Source: Octopus sinensis | Taxonomy: Eukaryota | DNA length: 64,000 nt | NCBI RefSeq assembly: GCF_006345805.1 | Contig: NC_043010.1 | Location: 53,754,001 to 53,818,000, forward strand | Direction of reading: 5' to 3' | Shown here: positions 53,169 to 64,000 of the stretch, one piece after another | Position numbering within the stretch: the first letter of the stretch is position 1 | Layout of the letters: the number at the start of each line of letters is the position of its first letter | Program-made: the position numbers and the translations under genes | The notes under the pieces: generated by a model | The model's database searches: none | What the model was told of the DNA's origin: nothing | What the model saw: only the letters and a program-made list of their open reading frames with translations

Positions 53169-53170
<2 letters not shown>
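52718..53170. mobile_element. Tigger/pogo-like MITE
   Basis: Degenerate TIRs cagtaattgctcgactatcgcgg and ccgtgatatggctgagggattacgg|ta, with internal ccgcgatatac repeats. Confidence 0.7.
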
Positions 53171-53207
<37 letters not shown>

Positions 53208-53234
53208 TATATATATATATATATGTATATAACT

Positions 53235-53665
53235 TCTTTTACCGCTTCATTCATTTGACTGCGGCAATGCTGGAGCACCACCTTGAATGGTTATAGTCGA
53301 ACAAAGCGACCCCAATATTAATTTCTATCTTTATGCCTCGTACTCATTCTATCGGTCTTTTGTCAAGCCCTAAGTTAGAAATACGTAAGCACACGAACAA
53401 CGGTTGTTAAGCGATGTGGGGGGCGGGCGCAAACGCATATACAAAGACACAGACATACCACACACACATACAAACTCAAATATATATACATATCGTTCAA
53501 TTTTCGCCAACTGAATCTACTCATAATACTTTGGTCGGTCTGTAGTTATAGTAGAAGCTTTCACGGTCGGTCTGTGGCTATAGTAGACGCTTTCACGCAG
53601 TGGGACTGAACACGGAACCATGTGGTTGGGAAGCAAGCTTCTTACTCCCAACCATAGCTACGTCT
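53235..53665 (-). mobile_element. Degenerate SINE family C
   Basis: gcaatgctggagcacc...cgcagtgggactgaac.cggaaccatgtggttggg. Confidence 0.8.
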
Positions 53666-53766
53666 ATATATTATATGAAAAATGAAAATTAAAAACGATC
53701 ACTGAGAAGGAAGCTTAGGTCTCGTGCTTGCAGATTTAAGTAAGAATCATCAATTTCATTTTCAGT

Positions 53767-53800
<34 letters not shown>

Positions 53801-53838
53801 ATATCTATATATATATATATATATATAGTATATATATA

Positions 53839-53892
<54 letters not shown>

Positions 53893-55379
53893 TATATTGT
53901 ACACACACCACACCACATATATAGTAATAGATGAACATGTGCATTCAGATAAGCACATATCTCTGAAAATTTCCAGTTAGATATTATTTAAGTGAATGCT
54001 GTATGTTATAGGAACGTAAATGTTCATATACAAATACTTGGAAACAAAAGATACTGCATACTGTCACGAAAGTAATCACTCCTGAATATGCATAACATCC
54101 TCAACTTCCGACTCACATTTATGGTCACGCATTACATGTCCAGGTAACGTAATCCTGCTAATGGTGTTCTTTAAGCTCCAGCTATGTTTAGCGAGTGTTA
54201 AAACCCCTCATTTTGATGCTCGAACATACTTTACTCTGTGTGGTTTCCCACATAATTTTTAAGCGTTGTTCTCTTTCTGTTTTCTATTTCCTAAATCGCA
54301 TCTGCCAGTGAGGAATTGATTGTGTATAGTTTCTTTAGAAAGGCAAATGCCATTTAGAAGCACGATGGTACAATTATGAGAATTGAGAGTGAAACTCGTA
54401 ATTTCTTTTCCTTGTTCATGTTTGTAATAATCCTTATACATTTATTCATACATGCATTCCTGTGATACTCCATTTTAGCTATCCGGAGTGAATGGATATG
54501 CATATTAACATATTCATATGGAATATACACACATGCGCAAATACTAACTAATGACATTCAATCGCAGTGTGCAGAATAAATATGCAATACACTACGAATG
54601 CAAATTTGCGTACATTGACACAATATACGGACACAGTCTCGTATACACACATAGCAACATGTTCAGATAAGCACGAACCCTGAGAGATGGCATGAATTAG
54701 AGAAATGAACGTTGATTCTATGATAACGAACGGTTTGAATTCTGTGAAAGAAAAAATATAAAGCGTAAAGAAACACTCAAACCTCCCGCATACAGAGACT
54801 CTCACATAAACGCATAAGGTTATATATATATATATATATATGAAGAAGATAGGACAAGATAGAAAATGGTAATATAATTTTATCATGAAGATTTTATCAT
54901 TTTATCATTTTAGTACCTGTTCTAGCCTTTGCAACTTTTTCAACTTTTTCAAGAGTAAAACATGAAAAAAAAATTAAATTGTGGAAAAATTGAATGAAAT
55001 GTATTTAAAAAATATTTCCATAGTTTTCAAATACGTAGGACATTTTCCTTTTAAATGTCTGCCTGAAGATATATTTTATGTGAGGGATGTTGGTTCTGGA
55101 TTTTGATTGTTTAAGCAGCAGTAGCCGAGGAAGGAATCGGCGCAGAAGCAGAAGTAGAAGAAGAAGAAGAAGAAGAAGAAGAAGAAGAAGGAGAAGGAGG
55201 AGGAGGAGAGGAGGAGGGGAAGGAGAAGAAGAAGAAGAAGAGGAAGAAGAAGGAGGAGGAGGAGGAGGAAAAGAAGAGAAATAATAAAAAGACTCGAGTG
55301 ATATGACAGTAGTAGACTGTTGGTAGAATTTTTTTAAATGGTCAAGTGACCTAAAAGAAGGGCTAAAGATGTCGTAAAG

Positions 55380-55566
55380 GGTTAAAATTCATCTGGGAAA
55401 ATAACTTCTTCGTCTTCAAAGGCAACTTCTATTGACAAAGATGGGAACAAAAATTGCCCTATGCTTTGCTAATCTAGTCATGGGATATCTAAAAATCAGT
55501 CTTTATCGTAAGGTACTAGAAAAATACGGCAACCCATTCTCCCTCTACATAGGAGATAACCGAAAG

Positions 55567-55568
<2 letters not shown>
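55380..55568 (+). pseudogene. Penelope-like reverse transcriptase fragment
   Basis: LKFIWENNFFVFKGNFY*Q then MGTKIALCFANLVMGYL, the PLE N.F.F....Y.Q..G.AMG...AP..ANL.M motif. Ends in (TA)n. Confidence 0.85.
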
Positions 55569-55597
<29 letters not shown>

Positions 55598-55607
55598 GTA
55601 TATATAT

Positions 55608-55651
<44 letters not shown>

Positions 55652-55983
55652 GGTAGATTTTTTTAAAATAACAATGCAATTCAATGGTTTATTGTATTAT
55701 ATTCAGTCCATTCAGTCGATTCCTCATCTGCGATTATATATCTGTGATTAGGTCTCTTGCTTTAAATCTGTCTAATTATTTTTAAGAACGAAGTGAATAT
55801 TCGTGTAAATATATGTTTGTGCTAAGTTTTACATGGTCAGCATTTTTACTGTTCTCTTTAATAGATTTAATGAACTTTTACAATACTTCGGCCGTGCAAC
55901 GCATCCTCTCTCTCACTCTGTGTGTGTGTATGTGTGTATGTGTGTCTGTGTGTGTGTATGTGTGTCTGTGTGTGTGTGTGTAT

Positions 55984-56133
55984 AGTTAATCCAAATATGA
56001 ACCTGGAAGAAAAAACAACAACGCGAGGACGTGGTACAAGTACAATGCTATTGGACGCTCAGCAAAGGAAAGAGCGGAGCTCTTCTTCAGAAATATAAGA
56101 AAAAGTCCAAAGAAGAGGAGACGGAAAAAGAAA
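55984..56133 (-). mobile_element. Second copy of the 37022-37240 element with its hammerhead partly deleted
   Basis: The minus strand reads tttCTGAAGAagagctccgctc, lacks GAAAC, and continues ccacgtcctcgcgttgttg...ttggattaact. Confidence 0.75.
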
Positions 56134-56624
56134 CACACACACACACACACTAATATATATATATATATATATATTCAATATTGTGTTGCTTTCTGTTGAG
56201 ACTAAATAGTTAGAGCCATATCTCTTTCCGATATCTTTGTACTCGTTTATAATTCAGTCGATATGTTTCTCTACTTGATCCTACAAAATTTCCGATTTGT
56301 ACCTGTTTATAATTTGAATAATTTCGTGTATTGGAACTCAATATATCGCCCTCTTTAATGCAATAACCAAGAAAATTTAGATAAGCCTATATGAACATAC
56401 ATTGAGTAAAGCTGTGTGATCAAAGATATTACAAACCTATCAATATTGTTGCCGTTTGTACTGCTTACCTATGATATAACACAATGCGCGTTCCCCTCTT
56501 TTTCAGCAGTAAGGTGTGAGAAAGAAATTTATTATATATAGTGTATAATGGATCGATCAACAGCGTATAGCCTCTCTCGTTCATATTTGGTTTCTTTAGT
56601 TGCTAGTATCGTTCGTTTTATTAT

Positions 56625-57012
56625 TAGATGAAGCACTCCGTCGGTTACGACGACGAGGGTTCCGGTTGATCCGAATCAACGGAACAGCCTGCTCGTGAAA
56701 TTAACGTGTAAGTGGCTGAGCACCCCACATACACGTGTACCCTTAACGTAGTTCTCGGGGATATTCAGCGTGACACAGAGAGTGACAAGGCCGGCCCTTT
56801 GAAATACAGGTACAACAGAAACAGGAAGTAAGCGTGAGAGAAAGTTGTGGTGAAAGAGTACAGCAGGGATCACCACCATCCCCTGCCGGAGCCTCGTGGA
56901 GCTTTAGGTGTTTTCGCTCAATAAACACTCACAACGCCCGGTCTGGGAATCGAAACCGCGATGCTATGACTGCGAGTCCACTGCCCTAACCACTGGGCCA
57001 TTGCGCCTCCAC
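56625..57012 (-). mobile_element. SINE family B (long 3' module), full length
   Basis: TSD tcgttttattat at 56613-56624 and 57013-57024. Confidence 0.92.
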
Positions 57013-57346
57013 TCGTTTTATTATAACCTGCATAATTGTATCTGTTGTTATTGTACTTGCAGTGTTCTTTTTCGCAATTGTTTCTCAAGTTGCTCCTTAT
57101 TACTTACTGGCACTAAATATTGTCTTTGCCTTCTTGCTTCTATAATTCTTCTTTCTTCTTTCCGAGTTATTTGCAGAAATATTCTTTTCTAGGGCGAAGA
57201 TTTGTCAGAAACCTTTGAGCATCAGACATAATATCTTGCTATATTCCTCACACCTCTGTATATCATGATTTGAAATCCTGCCTTCCTCAACCTTAATTTT
57301 GTCTTCTGAGAACCAGCAAAGAAATCTGCCAGGTAAGTATTAAACG

Positions 57347-57651
57347 GTGGAGGCACATGGGGTAGTGGTTAGAGCAGCGAACTCGCGGTCGAGAGATCGC
57401 GAGTTCGAATCTCAGACCGGGCGATGTGTGTGTTTATGAGCGAAACACTTAAGCTCCACGCGGCTGCGGCAGAAGGTAATGACGAACTTCTGCTGACTCT
57501 TTCGCCACAACTTTCTTTCACTCTTTCCTCCTGCATCTTGCAGCTCACCTGCAACGGACCGGCGTGCCGTCCAGGTGGGGAACCTATTCGCCAAGGAAAC
57601 CGGGAAACCGGTCCTTATGAGCCAGACGTGGCTTGAGAAAGAACAAACAAC
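57347..57651 (+). mobile_element. SINE family B
   Basis: TSD aagtattaaacg at 57335-57346 and 57652-57663; same subfamily as 13072. Confidence 0.92.
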
Positions 57652-60600
57652 AAGTATTAAACGAGATGAAAGATACTAAACTCCTCACCTTAAAATTCTG
57701 GACATATCTACATAATCTGTTATCATTCTCCTATTTAGTTGGCACAGGGTCTGCTCAGATTGAGCGGAGCTATGTCCAAGTGTTCTGCGTTTGTGATCAT
57801 CTCATTCTTCAACTTTACATTTCCAAATTTATCTAGAATTATATTATCGAAAGTATACTTTTAATACACAGTGAAGAATGAAGCTGCCTCGCTTAGTGGT
57901 TAGAGTATTTGGATCTTAACGTCATGTGTTCGATTCCTGACTGCGTATCGTGCGTAAAACACTATTTCATGTTGCTGCAATCCACTCAGCTGCATCTGTA
58001 TTTCAAAGGACCAGCCTTATCACATTCTGTGTCATGCTGATCTCCCTGAGAACTACTTTAAGGGTACACTTGTCTGCGGAGTGCTCAGCCACATGCGCGA
58101 TAATTTCGGGAGCTGACTGTTACGTAACCGAGGAAGCGCCAGTAATTAATAATTAAGTGAAGATTTTAGGTCAATTAGGCGACTACTTTTAACAGATTGT
58201 GCAACTAAGTAGCTACATCTTCCCTTGGCTCGTCTGTAATCGAAGTTTTGCCCAGACTAGTGACAATGAAAACGACCTTGCTGGTGTTGTCTTATTGCTA
58301 TCTGTGTCCTGCTTTCTTTAAAAGGCAGGTAATAATTTGAAAGATATCTCGCTACAATTTTTAGCACATCTAATAACAACGCGGATTCTCCATTTCACGT
58401 TGAATATGTCGTCAAATGCAATCTATGCATGATTATAACGTATTTGTTTTATCTCGAATGAAAGTTATCCATTCGATTCAGTCTAAATATGTTAACGGTT
58501 TATTTGGGAGATGTTTGGTTGCTCTTTCTAGCAACGCTATTAACCACGTTAGTTGACATGTTATCAAAGTCATTGTTACATATGTCTTGAGGTGGTATTG
58601 CTTTCGTATTTGCGCCTTTGTTCCTAATGCCTTTGTTAATATATATGTTGTCTCTAAATCACTCGATTTACCGCCGGATCTATAGAAGTTATTGTTTGAC
58701 TGTATGCATTTATAATGGCAGGATTGGTAGTTTCCGTGTTAATATACAGTATCTCTCAATATACTTTTGAAGCAAACCACACGGGCGAGTTAATTCGCTT
58801 TTATTCGTCTTCTTTGTATTCCGGTAATGGATGTTTAAAAACCATAGGTCTTCAGGGCAGCACCGATAAGTTGGTCATCGGATTATCTTTCAACGGATCG
58901 TGCTTGAAAGCAAAGGCATCCTTTGTCTGTTTGTCAAATTGCTTTTGAAAATTATCTACTGGTAAATTTCGTGATGACATCCAGCATTATAGCTTCATGT
59001 ACCAATGTATACGGGTTACATAAAACACGGAGAAAAATAAAAGCGAATACGTCCGTTTCCATTCTCTCCTTCGTATTTCTCTTACGTATGTTTAAAAACC
59101 TATAGTTGTTTAGGGCATGACCAATATATCGACCGTCAGCAGGATACCTTTCAATTATCCGTACCTGAATGAACAAGCAGCATTTTTGTGTTCTATTTGT
59201 TTTATTACTTTCGAAAAGTATCTATTTTATTTTGTTTCGTTTTATTTTAATTTATTTTATTTCAGAACGCACGCGAGAGCTTACAGAAAGCAGAGCGTAG
59301 TTATAAAATCGTAGAAAACCAAAAATAAAAATAACGTAAACAAAGACAGAATAAAAATGCAACAAAATATTAAGGTGTTGTTACGAGTTCAGAAAGTCAA
59401 GTAATTGTATTATTAATGGCTGATTTATTCAAATTGCTATTATGCAAAACTCTAGGAAACAGTTATAATGCAAAAATGTTTCATTGCTACTATAAAGCTA
59501 AAATGTCGAATCCAATCAGAAAACCACTACATAACCGCACAATTTGCATGAAACAACATCTGAATATTCCTGTAAATCACACATTATTGCCTTAAAAATG
59601 GAAAAATACATTTAAACATTCGACTCCTTAGATTCTCTGAAACGGTAATATAGTGAATCACGGAATGTACATGATCATAAGAACTGCTCGATTTAATATC
59701 ATAAAGCGTTATGCGTAAAGTGTTGGTTGATCATAAAGTCACTACAACAAACTGACTTATACGATGCTATAAAATTTTAAATTTAGTTTAATGAGACTTC
59801 ACAATCACTTGAAACGCTCGTATATTGCTTTCTATTTTGATGAGGTGTATCTCTATTTTCCAGTCTTTCAACTATCATGCACCTTGTCTTCGACATCTCC
59901 GAGTTCTCCGTGCTTCCCGGCACACACTTTAAAGATAATTTAAGTACAAAAAATGCATCCTTTGCAATTTGTAGTCTGCAACACATTACATCAACTATTC
60001 GTATCTGAGACCCATACTCAATCAAATCAAACACCCGTCTTCACATAATATACCCAAACAGTAACTGCCGCAGATCGCCACATCGAGACTGCCCTACTAC
60101 ATTTCTATAATACACAGCATGCGCAATCACTCCTAGACCCTACAACACTTCAAGGCAGTATCGTAGAATCACGCTCTAGGGCGCGCCATTCCAAAGAGAG
60201 ATTTGTCCCTTGTACCATGAATTCCATGTTTCTCATGAACTTTCACATTTCTAACTAATTTAATAAGATTTCATGGATTTAAGTTAAGCAAACATAAGTG
60301 AAATATTGAAATCATTCACTTGAGAGCCAGTCACAGAGTCTCTGTAAGGTCCCTCAACCAGCTAGAAATTGTGTATCAGTTTTCAACAAATCCCTTACCA
60401 TAGTTTTTCAAAAATTTTATCATTCATTAGATTATATAGTTCTAGATGATTCTAAGACGTCGAGGATTGCTTTTAATCGCTGGATTGCTTTTAATCGCTG
60501 ACCTACTCAGTGAGAAATATTTTCGGTGGCTCTAACAAAGAGAGCAACACCAACAGAATAACATATTTGTGCAAAATCTCTTTCATACCATCAAAAATTA

Positions 60601-60835
60601 TTTGAAAATTTTAAGCTGAACATATTTAGTCTGAAATCATCAGTAATACAACACAAAAAATGACTGGAATGTCAATTCAAATGTTTAAGAATTTGTTTTG
60701 AATCTATGAAAATATGGATTTGCAACATGTTCATATTTGTTGTGTTATTACAATTTTTTTTTCTGTTATATACATAATTGCTTTTCTAAAACTAAGACGT
60801 CAGATGTTTAACAAAAATATCTCCCTTTCATAGTA

Positions 60836-61347
60836 CCGTAAATTCTCGAGTATAGTCCGCCCTTGAGTTTAATACGCAGGGGAATTTTAGGAGGCTGTTC
60901 CTCTGAAAAACCTAAACCTTGTGTATAATACCCACCCCTTCTTACATGTGGGTCAAGGAGGTCTATATAACGTCCTTGGTTTGTAAAACTGTATACGGTA
61001 ACGTCCTTTATTATTATTGTATATATAACATAATGCAAACGTGTAGCATTTTTGTGCATTTTGTTTGCAGAAAATGAAGAAATAACAGTAATAACGTTTA
61101 ATAAATGTTGCTTACTGCAAGCTATAGATGGTTCTTTTGTGACTTCATTGCTGTCAGCGTTAGCTTACGGTATTTTCGCGCCCGATATCACAAAATGTGT
61201 ATGAATAAACATTGCCGGACAGCAAATAGAGACTCGGACATTGCTTAGAAAATAAATTTCATTTTCAACCTCGTATATAGTACACACTAGGGATATTGAC
61301 CTTTAAATTTTGGGAAAAATGTGCGGATTATATACGAGGATTTACGG
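60836..61347. mobile_element. pogo/Tigger-type MITE
   Basis: TA|CCGTAAATTCTCGAGTATAGTCCGC ... GCGGATTATATACGAGGATTTACGG|TA. Confidence 0.88.
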
Positions 61348-61944
61348 TATTTAAAAGGAAACATATAACAAAAGCTTTAACTGTAATTCTCACCGTATAT
61401 TGTATTCATGCTCCGGTAATATATCTGTTTCAAGGATTTCTACCATTGTATAGATGCAATCACGAAACCTACGTCCACAACGAAAATTTTCGTTATCTAT
61501 GCTTGATTATATTTATACGCCATTAAACCTCAAACCTGATTTTAACGTTGAGGAAATAAATATTCTTATATACAGATAACTTACTCTTTGTACGTTTGTT
61601 TTACCTCAAAGGATCCTGTGAACAGTATAAGACACTGCATGCGAATTGATAATCACACGTAAACCCGCGTGACTCGTCATCAGCAATGAGAACATCCTCA
61701 GTGTGCTGGAATTGTCTGAAAACACCTATACATTATTCGGTTAAAGGTTTCATGTAGGTAATACGTCTATATAGAAAATCCACTGCAATCCCTTCACAAA
61801 TTAATATATGTTTCTACAAAACCTATGTTTATAGGAAGATAAAAAAAACAAAACAATTGTGAACAAATAAAAGAAAAAGGGTATTTTAAATAATAGCAAT
61901 AGAATGATACGGAAAAACGTATGGTGCGGCAAAAGTAACAATAA

Positions 61945-61966
61945 AACAACAACAACAACAATAATG

Positions 61967-62008
<42 letters not shown>

Positions 62009-62430
62009 TAATAATAATGGTAATGATAATAATAATAATGATAATAATAATAGTAATAGTAATAATAATAATAATAATGATATTAATAATGATAATAATA
62101 ATAATCATAATAATAATAATAATAGTAATAATAATAATAAGAAGAAGAAGAAGTAGAGGCGGAAGAAGAAGAAGTAGAAGATGGAGAAGTAGAAGAAGAA
62201 GATGTAGTAGTAGTAGAAGAAGAAGTAGTAGAAGAAGAAGACGTAGTAGTAGAAGAAGAAGAAGTAAAAGAAGAAGATATAGTAGAAGAAGAAGTAAAAG
62301 AAGAAGAAGATATAGTAGAAGAAGATATAGTAGAAGAAGAAGAAGAACAACAACAACAACAAAAACAACAACATCAACAATAATAATGATGATAATAATA
62401 ATAACAATATCAATAATAATAATAATGATC
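61945..62430. repeat. Compound (AAC)/(AAT)/(AAG)/(AGT) microsatellite
   Basis: Directly visible; another (AAT)n lies at ~63140-63265. Confidence 0.95.
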
Positions 62431-63150
62431 GTATAAAAAGAGCAAAGAGAAACAACAACAGCAAATGAGCTCAGCAGGAACGGAAATGAAAAACAAGGAG
62501 GAAAATAATGAAAAAAGCGATGGATGCCAGGAAAGGGAAAAATACACGAAGACAGGGAAGATGGTAAAGGCTATAACAATCAACTACAAAAAAAAAAAAA
62601 GACATGCGATTCAGTAGGCTTTTGTTTATGCGTTTCGTTTCTGTTTTTTTTTTTTTTTTTTTGCTTTCTTCTAAAAATCAAACCAAAGTCTTCATATGGG
62701 TTCAGGCAAATTTTCTGGCATCAGATATAGAAAGTGGTTGGCACTAATATAACACACAGTTAAATCAAACAAATAGGGAACAAATAAATAGTGTGGGCAA
62801 CAACAACAACGACAATAAATACGTAATACGAAAACAAATACGAAAACAAATATATACATATAAACATATATATATACTTAAAGAAAAATTACATTTCGGT
62901 AGTTCGTGCTCTTTATTATTATTATTTTTTTTTTTTTTTTTTTGTTTTTTTTTTACTTTTGGGGATTTGTTGCATTTTTATCGGAGTGTATTTAGTAGTG
63001 AAATGGGATGTCAGAAAACTGTAAGGTAATTAAAGTCTCTGAGTCGTTGAATGTGCGATAGAATTGAGTCAAGATGAGAATGGGGAGATTTTTCAATTAA
63101 AACAACGCTGAAATGTAGAAAAATATATACGAAAAAGAAATAATAATAAC

Positions 63151-63236
<86 letters not shown>

Positions 63237-63916
63237 TAATAAATAATGATAATAATAATAATAAAACACAAACAATAAAATAGTTTGAGAGAGAATTTAC
63301 TAAGGGAAAACACGCACGATTTACAGGGAGAATTGGAAAAAAGGGGAAAAAAATAGGTGGATCGAAATGGTAATATAATGAAGATGTCAAGATAATACGT
63401 ATGCAAGGGAGAAGAAAAAAGAAATGAAAGAATTACAGATGGAATAAGACAATACATAACATTAAGTGCATTGAATAGAAATGCATGCAGTGTGTATTAC
63501 ATGCACGTAGTATCACTTTTTTCCTCTTGGTCTCTATCAATATACATGTATAGGTGTGTATGGATGTATATATATGTATAGGCATGGATCCACACACACA
63601 TGCACATACATATGTTAACCATATATATATGGGTGTGTGTACGTGCGTGTCTTTGTGTGTGTATAATGGTACAGGGGATGGGGTAAATGTACGTGATCGC
63701 ATGGTCGTTAGTTCGATAACCTTTATCTGTGGTGGAATAACCTTCTCACCATTGTAGAAAATATTGCACCCTTAGTCGCGTCGCTAGAAAGGAATGGAAA
63801 CTGGAATAAGCTCTACCGAAAGGGAATAGAGATTCGAAACACTCTGTGACTATAAACATCCCCATCAAACACACACGCACCATACACACACACACATGCA
63901 CACACACGCACACACA

Positions 63917-63972
<56 letters not shown>

Positions 63973-64000
63973 GTATAGAGGCAGGCGTGGGTGTGTGGTA

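Noticed and set aside
59783-60034. 83-aa minus-strand ORF (YGSQI...RLQIAKDAF)
   Set aside because: It weakly resembles an RTE RT tail, which is insufficient for a feature call, and there is no evidence for a host gene.
62017-62436. Arg/Ser-rich protamine-like ORF (also 55087-55284)
   Set aside because: It is the product of (AGA)/(AGT) microsatellites within a compound repeat.

Overview
A repeat-saturated, AT-rich eukaryotic non-coding window with no host protein-coding exon that I can support. The SINE families and dense (TA)n/(CA)n/(AAT)n microsatellites suggest a coleoid cephalopod such as Octopus (inference). Most track ORFs are microsatellite translations. Real coding remnants are all transposon-derived: a Tc1 transposase, three RTE-clade LINE pieces, a Tx1/L1 zf-RVT piece, an R4/Dong 3' end, and Penelope-like (PLE) GIY-YIG and RT fragments. 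There are also TA-flanked MITEs, a non-autonomous Helitron and three tRNA-derived SINE families (my labels A, B, C). The standout is 30805-31909: about 2.2 near-identical copies of a ~491-nt, heavily structured unit inserted in (TA)n. Each full copy carries a complete type I hammerhead ribozyme, predicting a 491-nt self-cleaved and possibly circular retrozyme-like RNA. Five other unrelated hammerhead-bearing element types (near 22.4, 37.1/56.1, 37.4, 45.2 and 50.8 kb) occur alongside PLE enzyme fragments. All folds were read by eye, and coordinates of degenerate repeats are approximate.
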